Assembly: GCF_002571385.2 (NCBI RefSeq)
Contig: NW_019217790.1
Location: 1,666,083 to 1,730,082, forward strand
Source of the DNA: Stylophora pistillata
Taxonomy: Eukaryota
Length of the DNA: 64,000 bases
Direction of reading: 5' to 3'
In this document: in pieces, positions 48,956 to 63,001 of the stretch
Layout: every line of letters begins with the position of its first letter
Numbering within the stretch: the first letter of the stretch is position 1
Notes under the pieces: generated by a model
Told to the model about the DNA's origin: nothing
Databases searched by the model: none
The model's input: only the letters and a program-made list of their open reading frames with translations
Position numbers and translations under genes: made by a program

Positions 48956-51900
48956 ATGGTGGAGAAAGTACAGTTTGGCAAAGTTGATTTTGCCGTGTTT
49001 GGAATTATGTTATTCCTGTCGACCGCTATTGGAATATATCATGCCTTCACCGGTGGAAAGCAGCGAACAACGAAGGAATTTCTCTTCGCGAATCGCGGAA
49101 TGATGGCAATACCAGTAGCCTTGTCTTTGATCGCATCATTCATGTCAGCTATCACAATTCTTGGTGTTCCGGCAGAGATTTACATCTTTGGGACACAGTA
49201 TTGGCTTATTATTGCCTCCTACGTAATTCTCTTTCCATCCGTAGCCCTGGTTTTTGTTCCTGTGTTCCGCGCTGTAGATATCTCGAGTTCGTACGAGGTA
49301 ATTAAGCTTTATGGAACTGAAAGATCATATGTCAAAACAACTGATTCTTTGAATAAACTCGTTATTTGTTTATATCAACAACTCTATTGTAAATGTGCGT
49401 TTCAAGTCAAGTTATTTTTACTTTATGAATTTTCTTTAATTTTTTTTCTGGTTTCGGAAAGTTTGACAGTGTTTGAATAAGTTTAAAGTTCATCCACTTT
49501 TTTTGCCAATTGGTGATTTGTAAATCCACGTGGTTTATGATTCAATTCATAGATGATTTGTAATCCACGTGTTGTATTGGTCGTGGATCAAAGTCCGCCT
49601 GTAAAACAAAATTTAAGGAATAGGAGATGAAATTGTAGAAATTGGCGATCGAAAGTGAAACAACTAGAAAACTCAAAGGCGGTTTATTCTGAAAGTATCC
49701 AATTCTTAAATTGTCTAAGTTTGTACAAAAAAAAAAAAAACGTTCATGATTTTTAAAAAAGTAATTGAACATTGCAGTACTTTTGTTAATTAACAAAGAA
49801 ATATGGTTAATTTTTAAGGCAGTAGTCTAGACTTTTTAATGAAGGCTATGTCATAGTGTATATAGATTTGCACGAGTGATGCATAACATGTTGCCAGAAT
49901 ATCAAACTAATTATTTGAACTAAAACATTAGGCATGATCTCAGAATTATGTTCACAGCATGTTGGGATGGTAAAATATTTTACTAGCTTTTGATCATGGG
50001 TTACAGACCTTCTGCAAGTTTCAATCAAGAACCTATTGTCTTAACTCATCTGAAATGATTGCCTGATTTGTCTCCTTGTTATTTGTACACAGAGTTACTT
50101 TGACTTTATTTTCTGGGATATTGGTGTTGTTTTAGAAGTAAATGAACAAAGTGGTTGAAAAAGCTGCTCCTTAATTAAAGCACCCCTTCTTAAACAAAAA
50201 AAGACAATGATAATGATTTTTATTAAATTGATTCAAATTTCTTCAAGCAGTCGATACATCTACAATGTATTACTATTGTATAAACTAGCTGGTGTTCCCA
50301 GCTTGATTTGAATTGGTTTTTGTTGAGGGACAAAAAAGGAGAACCTGGGGAAAAAACCCTTAGAGTACAGAATAGAAACTACAACAAACTCAAACCATAT
50401 GTGATGCCAGTTTTTGGATGAAACCCAGGAAACATTACGGGAAGATGAGCTTTCCCACTTCTGTCAAATCTCTGCTTTCCTCCTAAAAGGGAGAATAAAT
50501 GTTCATATTACCTGAGAATTTATAGGGATGTGTGGAAACACATTTCTCTTTGAGAAGAGCTTTGAAATTAAGCCTCACAAGTACAATCCATCATTATCAC
50601 TAACTGTGGGTGGTACTAACAATGATTGTTTTTGTCTTAGTATTTAGAAAAGAGATTTTCAAATGGAGTGCGTATTATTGGCAGTGTCTGTTTTATAATC
50701 CAAACGGTGAGATGTCTACATCTTCTTTCTAAATTAATTTTGGGTTTATTTGTCATCCAAATTGAGTGATCAATTGTTTTCTTATTCATTAATTTATGAT
50801 ATGATCCCTTAATAATTTTGTCGCCATTTGGCCAATGCTGAAATTTTACACTAAAATTGTATGAAGTAGATTATTTCATAAAATATATCACAAAAAAACA
50901 AAAAAAAAACAAAAAAGAATTGCTGTATTTCAAAAGTAAACTAAGACTTTTTGTCCTTTTTATTGTAGTCTCTTTATATGGCTATTGTGGTTTATGGTCC
51001 GGCCATAGCACTAGAAGCAGGTAACTGAAATTTTAATTATCAAGCAATATTGTTATCATTAAGGAATAATGCAAGTTTGTTGTGAAACATTTTTTAATTT
51101 TTCTCAAATGCAGTGACTGGATTTCCAGTTTGGGCATCCATCATATCCATCGGAGTTTTCTGTACTTTCTACACAACTATTGTAAGTTGGATATCACCAT
51201 TTTTGTTCCAAGATCTAGAGCAGGTCTGCTGCTCTCAATTTTTCTTGAAATTTGATTGGATGTTAAAACATGTTTGTACTGGTTTGTATAGCATAAGGGG
51301 AGGAGGAGTATTGTCCCTTCCCTCCCCCCCCCCCCGAGAGGGTGCCTGTTCATTGCAGGTTACCTTTCCTTCTTTTGCAACAGTTCAATTATAATGTAAT
51401 GACCTTGCAAGAGCTCAAACCTGGAACTGTTGATGTGGGCTCAGTTGTTCAAATAGTGGTTCACTCTATCCAAAAGATAAATTGCTGTCCAGCAGATAAG
51501 TTTTACTAAAACAGAGGTCAAGAGGATTAGGGAGTTGGGATTGAGTGTGATATAATCATACACTTTATTAAAACCAGGAGGAAAAAATGTTTACCTTTGT
51601 TGTTGAGTGTCCTGTGGTTTTTTAGGGAGGTATGAAGGCTGTTATATGGAATGACGTATTCCAAGCCATTGTTATGCTGGGAGGTCTAATTGCAGTACTG
51701 ATTGTTGGCACACATAAAGTTGGTGGTTTTGGAAATGTGTTTGATCGTCTTGAGAAAGGGCAACGCCTCAAGTTTATTGAGTAAGTTGATACAAAGTTCC
51801 ATGAATGTTCAGTGTGTTATTTTGAGGTTTTCCCCCCCTATTACAGGGCTTGACACTAACTTTTCAACTTACTAGCCAAGCGGCTTGTGACAACTTAGAT

Positions 51901-53466
51901 GTTAGAATGATTTCAGCTTGTTTACTAGCCATACTGGTTAGTGGAGATAAAAAACCACTAGCCAAAACTGAATTTCTACTAGTCTGTGGCTAGTTGGCTA
52001 CTGTTAGTGTTGAGCCCTGCTATTATAATAACAAAATACAATCTACAGGGAGTGAATTTTTTTGGAGTAGGAATTTTCAACATTTTACATATTACATGTA
52101 CATATAATTTGTTTTCGTATTTTACAGCTTAAACCCAGATCCTACACAACGTCTGTCAATTTGGAGTCTGATCATTGGTGGTGCTTTTGGTTTGTTTCCA
52201 CTCTGGGCTGTCAATCAAACTGCTGTTCAACGATTTTTGGCAGCAAAGTCCAACAGAGAAGCAAAATTGTGAGTGAATTGATTTTGCTATTACTTTTGTT
52301 GCTAGGTTCCTCTTCAGACAGAAATTGTTAATCACAGGTTGGTAGTTGCACTTTCTTGTGTTCCATTCTCAGAATTCTGCCATTCGTGTGAATAATTTGT
52401 GTCAGGAAAAGGTAGATTGTAATGAATTAATGTTTTGTAACAAAAATAGAATTGGACAGGTGTTACCGGTACATGCTGGAAACTATTTGACACTTTTGAG
52501 TAAAAAATTGGCTCAGGCTATCAAGGTTATGGCCGATAATTCTGAAAAGTAGTGAATAGGCTAGTACAGTACATCTGATGCAGATTAGGAAAAGGATAGA
52601 GCTGGCTCAGAGGGTTCTGATAACAAAGTTCTAATCTCTATCCTTTGGAACTGCTTCTCTGTGAGGCTGCTTAGCCTCATATTTACAAGATGGCGAAGAC
52701 AAGACATGGAAACAGGACATGGAAAAAATTGCTCAAAACAAAATTTGATTTCAATTCCTGAACAAGATTGAGTGGCACTAAAGCTCATCACCTGAAAACC
52801 ATTTGTTACACTTAACTAAGTTATTACCAGCCAAAATCTAGCCAGCAACTGCCTCTTTCTTTACAAAGCCGTAAAACTCTTGAACAAAAGCTCATCTTTC
52901 AAACCGGCAGTCTAAATCCCACAGGTATCAATGAACATTTTTCATTCCACTAATTTATTCATGTTTTTTTCATTGCCATGTTCCTACCAATAACATAGCT
53001 CCATTTTCTGCCTTTGAAAGCACACACAACCCACAATTCCTCTATTCGTTCCGATGAAGGGCTAACGCTTGAAACGTCATCTTTTGTAATTGTTACAGTG
53101 GCCAATTTACCATTTCAACTTTGTTGATATATCCAAATTCTTTCCTACATGTAGCTGCCAAATTTTACCAACAGTTAGCATTCTCCATTCTCTGTTGGCT
53201 AATATGTTCCCCTTATGTTGTGTGTTAAATTTAATGGAACTGAACATCTTCAATTTTAATCATTTTGCAGGGCTGTTTGGATAAACCTGCCTCTCAGTGT
53301 TTTAGCTGTTAGCCTATGTGCTCTGTGTGGATGTGTGATTTATGCATTTTATGCTGACTGTGATCCCATTTCGAATAAACAGATAAAGAAGGGTGACCAG
53401 GTGAACAAACCAAAGTCCTTTGAATAATTCATGACTAATTTGATTTATTAAAAACTACATCATTGC

Positions 53467-53533
<67 letters not shown>

Positions 53534-56500
53534 ATATCTGTACATTGTAACATCCACTTTCTTCTTACAAAATAAAGTCGAGAAGATTTATCTAATATCT
53601 CGGAAGCATTTTATTTTTAATAAAACAATTATTCCACTCACGCTTGTTGGATATGAGATGATGGATAGCCAACTCAGCGCTATGTGCCTCGTTGGCTATC
53701 CATCATCTCATATCCAACGTGCACTCGTGGAATAATTGTGAAATAGATCATGGTTTAGATGATAAAGGATTGGATGAAGGTGTCAATTTCCCTTTTATTG
53801 ATTTGCTAATGAATAAGAAAATGTTGTCATATTTGCCTCACCTCCCTTAAAAAATGATGCATCGTTCACATCCACATTGTAAATGTTGATTATGAATCAA
53901 GGACAAATTGATTTTGAACTGGTCCCATTTAAATTTCCATTTGTTCCAGATGAATTGTCTTAATTCTAAGGAAAAGAAAAATACAAATCAACTTAGTTTG
54001 AGATCTTTTATTCCAAGTTCCATTCTAGTTCGAAATAAATGTTAACTAACAGCATAGTATGTGCATGCAGTGGACTTCTTAACTTGATGCCAGTTTTTAC
54101 TTGAAGCATAGACAATATTTCCAATAATATTGTTGAAAGGAATTCTGACAGCTTTAGGTCCCCAAGCTTTGTGGAATCCTTGCATCTTCACTGCCAATCT
54201 CTTTATTTAACTTTATGGTATGTTTTCATAGATTCTGCCATATTTTGTTATGCATGTACTGGGATCACTGTATGGAGTTCCAGGTTTATTCGTGGCTTGC
54301 TTATTTAGTGGAACACTAAGGTAACTTATAGAGCAAATCGTTGTTGTTTTGTACAATGCATGTTGAAACAGTCAGTAAATCATTAACTAGTGAGGGCAAG
54401 TTTCCTGTAAGGTTGCCTGGTGGATCCAACAACTGCATCTATTTATAGTACTGATTGATACCTTCAAAATTTGTGAAAAGTGTTTAAAATGTTTAAATCT
54501 ACTAATTTACCAATCAGCGACATCTTAAAAATGTGTTCTTCAGTCTTGTTTGTTTTGTTTTAGCACGGTGTCTTCTGGTCTTAACTCACTAGCAGCTGTA
54601 GTGTTGGAAGACTTCATCCGACCTTGGACCAGACGTCAACAGAAGGAGTTGTCAGAGACTCGTGCAACCTTGTACTCAAAACTGCTTGGTGAGTAAATTT
54701 GATGTTACATTGTTCATCATAATTACTTGCCATAGGCTAACTAGGGTCTGAAAGCAGATGGGGAGAGCAGAACTCAGCCAGAGCTGCTACTTTTTCCACC
54801 CAGACTCCAAGTTTAGGGGCCAGTTTGATCAATTCAGCCACAATCTTGGTCTTTTAACCAAACAGTGAAGTCATGTCCTTTGTCTTTCTTCATCAGTGGA
54901 GGATGGATCAAACACCATCCTTGTGGAATTCTGAAGTTGTTGGTTCAACTTTTTGATATTGTACAGGTGGAAAGAAAGGAACAACAAAAGCTTTTCATAA
55001 ACTTGTTAACTGATAAGGGTTAACGTATTGGTGCATATTTTGCTAATGTACCAATAACAAAGTTTAACTTTTTCTTTGTTTTTCAATGTGGAATTCTCTA
55101 TATTGTCACTGTGTTGTGAAAAGTAGGTCAAATTCTTAACCATGCAGGATCTCAGTAAAGTGAATTGAGTTTGATTCATCACACACAAGATAAAGTAACA
55201 GTTTTGTTTTCCATACAGCTTTAGCATTTGGAGGTTTGACCATTGGCTTGTCTTTCCTTGCTACCAAGCTTGGTGCCATTTTGCAGGTTCGTCTCAGTTG
55301 TGAATTAGAGTTGCTGTGAGATTTTAGTTAGAAGGCACTATGTTATCTCTAATATAAGACCACTGATTCTTGGTGGTGGGAAGTTGTAAGATCTACAGTT
55401 TTGTACTTTCCTTTCCTTTTTTCAGTAACCTAATGGTGGCCTGATAGTGATCCCTCACCTCTCAGGGACCCCACACTCTCTCCCTTGTAATCTCATTGTT
55501 AGTCCACAGTGACCCATGGTGATGCCCCCCNAGTCTTCCCTGGGAAGACCTAGGCTCATTTGTCACTCACCGTTGACGTGTGCGGGTCAAATTTAAATGC
55601 TGGTAGACGAACAAAAGGAGCTAATGAGATATCTATTGTTTACTTCCACCAGCATGGTGGCATGAGGTAACGTGCGAACCACCAACTTCGATCTCAAATT
55701 TACCGCCACAAATAAAGACAGTTTATATTGGAGAAAGGAAATACAAATCTCAAAAATTCTTGTATTGTGATGAAGACATGAAACAATTTTGACGAATGCG
55801 CCCGCTGTTCACTGCTTTGGAGTAGCTGTAGCTCAAGCTGAGTTGACTCTAAGAGTTCTACATCACACGACGTTTGATTGACAAATGGTCCAGTGGGAGC
55901 TAAGGCTCCTTTTATAGCGCGCCTTCGTGTTTAATTTCCAATACCTTACACTTCTTTGTTTTGTTATTCAGACATTTTACAGCGTGTTTGGAGTAGTTGG
56001 TGGTCCTGTTGTAGGAGCATTTTGTCTTGGAATGTTCACTCGTCGAGCTCACTCCAGGGTAAGCAGCGTGCCGTTTTAAAAATCTTTTGTTGTGCTTTAT
56101 CTATCTTGTTAGGTATGCTTATTAGCATAGGTGAAGTGTTACGTGCCCAGTGACTCCAACCTGCTGCAGCTGTTGGATTATACACCTTTCCACGAGAGAA
56201 AACCGGGAGCATTTTGTCTGATGGTTAGACAGTACGCATTTATGCACTTGGGTGGAGAGAGGCCTGGGGAGAATAAAATGTCTTGCCTTAGAACAACACA
56301 TTTACGCGGTTTCACACGAACTTTGGAAGCGGAGAGTAGATTTTAATGTTCTGTTATTTTGTCAGGGTGTGTACGTTGGATTGTTACTTGGATTTATCAT
56401 TGGTTTGTGGATCGGTATCGGAGCTAAAGTTTACCCTCCACCCGCCACTAAAGCTCCCCTCTCGACTGAAAAGTGTCAAATTATGCCAACGAACAGTACA

Positions 56501-58710
56501 GTCATGGTGAACTCAACCAGGTGAGTACAAGCGCAGGTCGTTCCGAGGGGACCGGGGGTGGAACGTTTAGAAACTTGCGGGGTGGGGTTGGGGGTTCAAG
56601 CGCACCCTTGAGCTCAAAATTCCCCAAAAGCCCTTCGTGCACTTTAACCAGGTGAGGCAGACATGTGCAGGTCATACAGATTGGACAGAACATTTAGAAA
56701 CGTGCGGGGTGGGGTTGGGGCTCAAGTGCACCCTTGAGCTCAAAATTCCCAAAAGGCCCTTTGTGTAGTTAAACCAGGTGAGCCAGACACGTGCGGGTTA
56801 TGCAGAGTAGACGGAGCATTTAGAAACGTGCAGTGTGAGGTTGGGGGTTTAAGCGCACCCTTGAGCTCAAAATTCCCAAAAGGCCCTTTGTGTAGTTTAA
56901 CCAGGTGAGCCAGACATGAGTAGGTCATACAGAGTGGACGGGGCATGTACAAACGTGCGGGGTGGGGTTGGGGGCTTAAGTGCATGCCTCAGCTAAAATT
57001 TCTCAAAAGGTTCTTTGTATAGTTCATTGGCACAACCAATCCTGTTTTCAATCTCAACAGTTACCATTGTCTCCGAAATTGATTGATTGTCAATGCGAAA
57101 GTTGGTACTTTTGTACTTGAAGCTCTGCACCATGAGTTTATTTTGCCAAGCGCAATCCTTATGAAGCGATGTGCTTTACTTTACTGTACTCTGTGATTGA
57201 TTAAGAAAACACGCGAAATTCTCGGCTAATCAATTGTTAAACTATAACAAATCTCGACCTAGTCTCTTCCGTTTTTCCGCGCTCTAGACCGTCCCCGTCA
57301 TGTCATGGATTTCTCATGGACCTTTTGTGCTCGTTAACTTTAGTCTAATTAAACATTGTCGCGTTTGTTTTACGATACTCGAATTGATTTGGCATCCTAT
57401 CGAAAAGCGCTTTAATTTCTATGTATTGACGAAAGACCCATCTACGGTTAGGCGTTTCCAGTTAATTTCAATAAGAAATGTCGAAGTGGCCCTTTGAAAG
57501 CAGGGATGGAAAAAGGTGATAAACGTATACGTTCTTTCCTCACAAGTTCACCGCTCCCACCAAAGGAATACGAAGGCCTGGCATTGTACAGACTGTCTTT
57601 TTTGTGGTACAGCGCTGTGTGCTTTGCAGTGACTTATCTAACTGGACTGATTGTCAGTGTCTTGTGGCCTGGTAAGTCATTTGTTTTTTCAGAGTTAGCT
57701 ATTGCCTATCCAAGAACAAACACGGAGAGAGACAACAAAGTCTTTGGCGTTCTCATCGTGAATTTCACATTTTGCGACTTTTTGGTGTCGACAAAAATGG
57801 TTCTTTTTTCCCCCAGACATCCGTACTTTGAATGTTATCGCAGTTTCGTTTCCGTTTTCATTGACAAAACGTATCTCTGCTCTGTTTACTATTATGCTGT
57901 TTTCATCTTCATAAATCGCACATCGAGGTTAGCCTTCTAATGGTCGTTTCGGAAGACAGACCTCCATTCAAGAGAGTATTTATAATTGACGTAGGTGGAA
58001 TTGACATATCTAAGGTCTGGACCAGGAATCGTTCGCTCTTTCCTCGCGTGTTCCTTTTCTCAAACTAAAGATTTGGAACTTTCTTTCTTTCCAGGTGATC
58101 ATAGAATTGGTGATGTGGACTCTCGGCTGCTGTTCAAAATTGGTTACTGCTTACCTGATTGCGCATTGAAAAACTCTCAAGAACCACAGGATGAACATCA
58201 ACAGTTAAACCAGGTGAGTTTAGACACAGATCCTACACCAAAATTCTCCTTAAATTTCCAATTATTTCTCTCAAATGATTGGTCTGAGAATTTGGTGTTA
58301 CATCGAGCATGCCTTTTAGATGATAATATTCTCATCTCTCATCTCTCACCTCCCATCACCTTTAAAACCAAGTGATTTCAACGTGAGAAAGTAGATGTTG
58401 ATCACTAAGCTAATCACTGCCTAATTGGACGACTAAGCTCAAAACTTATCATCTTAATCAATTTTAAAAACGCCACGTGAGTTTTTCTTTATTTCTTGCT
58501 CGTGGCAAGTGTTGTTGCAAAAAACATTTGTCCCACAGAACTGACGTGGAGATAATGAGGAGATAGATAAGGTAGTTAAACTCTTCCTTTTCGTTTCAGG
58601 TTGATAGAAAAACAGCAAAGGAGAATGGAACGACTTCAAAATTCGGGGGGGACATGGAACACGTTGAAGAGGACACAGAGGGTGCATTACTTATGACCAC
58701 AAGGATGTGA
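48956..58710 (+). CDS. Sodium-coupled monocarboxylate transporter-like protein (SLC5A8/SLC5A12/SLC5A5/SLC5A6 clade); 15 exons, about 610 aa
   Basis: Exons 48956-49297, 50641-50706, 50969-51020, 51114-51181, 51626-51780, 52128-52268, 53271-53400, 54232-54320, 54564-54688, 55219-55286, 55972-56058, 56366-56520, 57547-57671, 58095-58213, 58600-58710, all in phase. PVALSLIASFMSAITILGVPAE; YEYLEKRF; GGMKAVIWNDVFQ; NQTAVQRFL; CDP...DQILPYFV; STVSSGLNSLAAV; C-terminus TTRM*. Confidence 0.93.
51844..52019. mobile_element. MITE with terminal inverted repeats and an apparent target-site duplication
   Basis: CAGGGCTTGACACTAAC / GTTAGTGTTGAGCCCTG; CTATTA on both flanks. Confidence 0.8.
52830..53135 (+). 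mobile_element. Penelope-like element 3' fragment with a hammerhead-like motif
   Basis: 52864-52953 translates to QSRKTLEQKLIFQTGSLNPTGINEHFSFH* (GIY-YIG tail); CCGATGA-AGGGCTAACGCTT-GAAAC at 53051-53075. Confidence 0.7.
53625..53739. mobile_element. Palindromic MITE arm
   Basis: ACAATTATTCCAC...GTTGGATATGAGATGATGGATAGCCAAC / GTTGGCTATCCATCATCTCATATCCAAC...GTGGAATAATTGT. Confidence 0.8.
56512..57025 (+). repeat. Tandem repeat of about 127 bp, 4 copies, each starting with the exon 12 splice-donor sequence
   Basis: AACCAG|GTGAG at 56515, 56646, 56772 and 56899. Confidence 0.9.
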
Positions 58711-61700
58711 CGTAATCATCCTACCATCCGAGTTTGACTGAAGAGTTGGAAGAGTTGAGGGTGGTGGCAGACTGAGTAATGTTCGTCACGGTTCTGATAG
58801 GCATGAGTTGCGTGACTTATGGATAGAGAAAGTCATTTCGTGACGCATCTGGTGATGAAGCTGTGGAAGGGTCTTTGCGGTCATTTCTTTTTGGTTTGGT
58901 TTAAAGAAAAATGGAATAATTGATTTTGAATTTTCATATTTATTTACACTTTTTTCCTGTTTAAAAAAAGCGATAAAATGATGTTATATGGTATTTGTTG
59001 TAAATGAACCTTTTCGTACGTACACAGATTCTCACTAATTCGGATAAAAAAAAATGTGCGCATGGGCTATACATATCGAGGAGGCTGTGTAGCGGCTTTC
59101 AATATCTTGTGTAAGTAATCTTAGCCGAAGGTAACATGCGACATAAAGAACTATTACGAATGATTTGAAAAACTATATGTAACATGAGCCATTCTGCAAT
59201 CACTCGTGTACGTAAAGCTTACTCAAAAAATACCATCCTAAGCAAGAGAAGTAAATATGAAAACGAACTTATCTGACAGTATGCGAACTACAAATTACAT
59301 AAGTGAAAATTATACCTTTTTTTTCTCCGGTAAGATCCACCAAGGTCTAATTTGCAAGTATCTTCTTAAACAATTATTTCGCGTGCGTATAAAATTAGGA
59401 AGGTCTGATTTTAATGTCCTTTTGACTTGACGCGAAACGAAAATTGCTTAATCATAGTTAATAATTATAGGCTGTGTCTTTCGTGATCGGTTTAGGTAGA
59501 GTTGAGTCCGATCAAAAAGTGGAGTTGAAAGAAATCAGGGAGGAGAACAATGTTGAAGGGAATGACGAATGTAGCACTACGCTCTGTGATTAGTCTGGAA
59601 ACATCGCGTCATCCTCTCATCCAATCATATGCAAGACTAAAACCAATCGTGACTTGGTTACTCACGAGATCCCGCCCTTCAGTTTTCACCTTGAGTTCAG
59701 ATTGGTTCTCCGAAATATGTTTCTTTGTTCTAATTGGCTGTAGTGTTTACTCCGATTTAGTTTCATGACACCCATTCAATATGTGGTAAAACGGCAGCTA
59801 ATCATAATTTGGTAGAAAACACAGTGGAAAAAGTCCCGTTTGGTTTTAGTTTTGCGGTTGGGTGATGAATCACAGTCCTTGTACAAGTTGTTCCCGCCCC
59901 AGTTTTAAGTTAAGTGGTAATAAATATATTTAGTTAATCGTTGGCTTGGGAAAGTTCGCTCCCTTCCCCGGATGGTAAAGCTAATTAAGTTCGGTGGTGT
60001 CCAATCTGAGAATAACCACTTAAGCATGAGAACTTCGTTTGATCGTTACAGTAAAATGAATATTACCACGGCTAGGTTTTCTATGCCTGCGTCAAAACTA
60101 AGTGTATTTTTCTTAAATTAACTCTCAAATTTTCCAATGTTGTTGAAATGCCCTTGTGAAATTTTCTCGTCACCAGACTTGTTTTGGATTGTGGTAATGA
60201 GGACCTTTTCTTTTTTTTTCTTTTTTTTTCTTTTTTTTTCTTTTTTTTTTTTACTGATATCTATCGTTCTAAACCAAACTGAAGAACCGAAAAAAAGCTT
60301 TCAATCGTTTGAATACCCAAGGGAACTAATATTTGCTTTTACTGTGAATGAGAGCTTAGTTTTTTTTTTTTAATTGAATTAGGATTTTTTCGGAAATTGA
60401 GCGTTAACTCATCCTTTTTTCACGGTTAGGAGATTCGAACAGATCGTACGGCTCGTGAGTACATTAGACGACTCGGAAACCATCCGTGGTATTAGACACG
60501 AATGGCTGTTGACAGTTGCTTTGCGGAAGTGTTTTACCCTGCACACACGTCATTTCCTGTCTCGCATCTTTGACTTCGTTTTCGAATCAGAATCAGGTTG
60601 AGACTTGCAATAGTTCTCAAGGAAACCTTAATCATTATCATTCATTTTTCTTTTGATGTTTTCCTTTGAATGTTAGTAAATATTGAGCGACCATTGTTTT
60701 CCTTCATTTCAGCAATTTCGTTTTTCATTAAGGATTTCAGGTATTAATTAAAAGCCCTTTTGTGTTGGTCAGAGAAGTTGTGCGGTGATTCCACCAGTAA
60801 TTAAGTACACACTTCACTCAGCAGTGATGACATGAATTTATTTAATGTACAATGCATCAAAGGGAAATTACATCTACATTATCCTGCTTAAAATAGACTT
60901 TGCAAACTTGCAAATTTCGCTACTGCCGTACGTGGTTATATTTAGATTGACAGAAATATTTTATTTTACATGAATTCTCGTCAATGCAAGCCATTAAAAC
61001 TGAGTTTCAAAACCCGCTTTAACTGTGGTATTGCTTTTTTGTACAGAAGACGAAAATTTAATACTGACGTGTGCGAAATTAACAATTAAGACGACAAGAA
61101 ATTTTCAACGAGCTATTGAAATGCTGGACAGCTAGCCTTACATCTAAGCCATTGTACTTTTACAATTTAAATTATGTATTTAAAACAACAACCTTAGTCT
61201 TCAAGAAATATTACCTACTATGATTGTCATCACTGAAGAAAAAGTTGCATCGGTGGGATAAATATATACTAGCTGAAGCAATTTCAACTGAAGTGTTATT
61301 GGGCGTTTACCAATTTTTCATCCAACCCCAGATTTTAAAATAATCTGATTTACACTTGAACGTGCTAGATCACAAAGAGGAACCTTTGTTAGGAATAGAA
61401 GTCCTTGAAGATTGTGCAACTTAATTTTAATCAGTGCGTATTGTTTCTCTCTAAATATTATGCAAATTGTCACTGCGGAAGTGTTGTTAAATTTCCCTTC
61501 GTTCAATAGAAAGATAAAAAAACAGAAAGGAATATTTATCAAGAGAAATCTTCCTAAAGGATGTACGCATCCTTTCTTAAGAATCCACTAGAAAAGTTTA
61601 ATGAAAAGATATTGGGTTTTCATTCTTATTTAAAGCAAGGCATTACGAGTGGTTTTTAATCATATTCTTGTCGGTGAAAATCCGGTATTTACCCTAAACT

Positions 61701-63001
61701 CGCGGCAAACAGTTCAAATCTAAAAACCAGTAAAGTACATAAACAGCTGCCATCGCCGAACAAGCATTAAAAGGAGTTTAACATTGTTTTGTTTTTCCTT
61801 TACGCTACGCCTTGTAATTAAAATATCATCAAAGACTATTGAAACAGCTGCAAGACTTTTCAATAAATAAGTTTTGTTAATCCCTTAGAAGTGATTCGGG
61901 TGAGAAACAAGTTAAATACCGAACTGGAATATGCTTCAAGATTATCCACTTTTGAAAGTCTATAGAAGTAGGCAAGCATAGTCGTGTCTCGTGTATTTCA
62001 GTCGGATTGATTTCGGTAATCTCCCGGAAAACATAGAAAATTAACTTCATATCCGAAAGATAATCTCGTCTTTACAGCGCAAACAAGTCACTTTTATCCC
62101 CGAAGGAAAACAAAGTTTATCCTTGCACAATGAAACCGGAATTAACTGACACGTTTGCAAAGAATCAGTTTTCAACACGAATCTATCTGCATTGGTTCTA
62201 AACTTTTACCGAAAAATTGCCGTAGCAATCAATAACCTACCTAGTGCGGAAGGAAACAAATTGTGGTTTTTGTTGTGGATTTTACATATACTTTCAACGC
62301 AGAAATAAAAAACTTAAATTCGCATCTGTTTTTTAATTTGTTTTCTGATAGACCAAGTTATGGATGGAACATTTCACAAAGCGGAAAATATCGGGGCGCC
62401 ATAACATTCCTGCCCCAATGTGCTTTTTAACAGTAAGATATAAACTCCATCAATTAATAATAACGTTAGTTGCAGTTTTGACCTCTTTGAACCTGGCGAG
62501 CGGATGAAATAGCTTTCCATCAGGCCTTTAAATTGCATGATTTATATCTAGATGAAGAAGCATAAATCAATTTTTTATGACCGTTAATAATCTGCAAGAA
62601 TTGTCTTTTGGCGGTTTAAGTTTGCTACCCAATAACCCTAGGGCCTTAGCAGACGCAACCTGAAGGTTAAAATTTCCTCCTCACCCCACTAAGAAAGGAA
62701 AATGAAACAAAATAAAATGTGCAACACACATTAACTTATTTGTTACGCTTAGTTCGTAACCAACCAAGAAACCTGACGTCCATATCACTATCATTTCAAG
62801 CCTTGAAATCTTCTTCAGTTTGCTTTGTTTAAATTCGATGTGTTCCCCTTTAGAATGAAACTTTTTTCTCCAATTTTCCTTTCTTAGCTTTCGGTTTTTT
62901 CCGCTTCCATACTGAGTATAGCATTTTCTGAATTTCCGATGTCTCCTTTTAAATCGTTTAGTTGAGTTTGAAATTTCCCATGGAGACGAACAGGCGATAT
63001 T

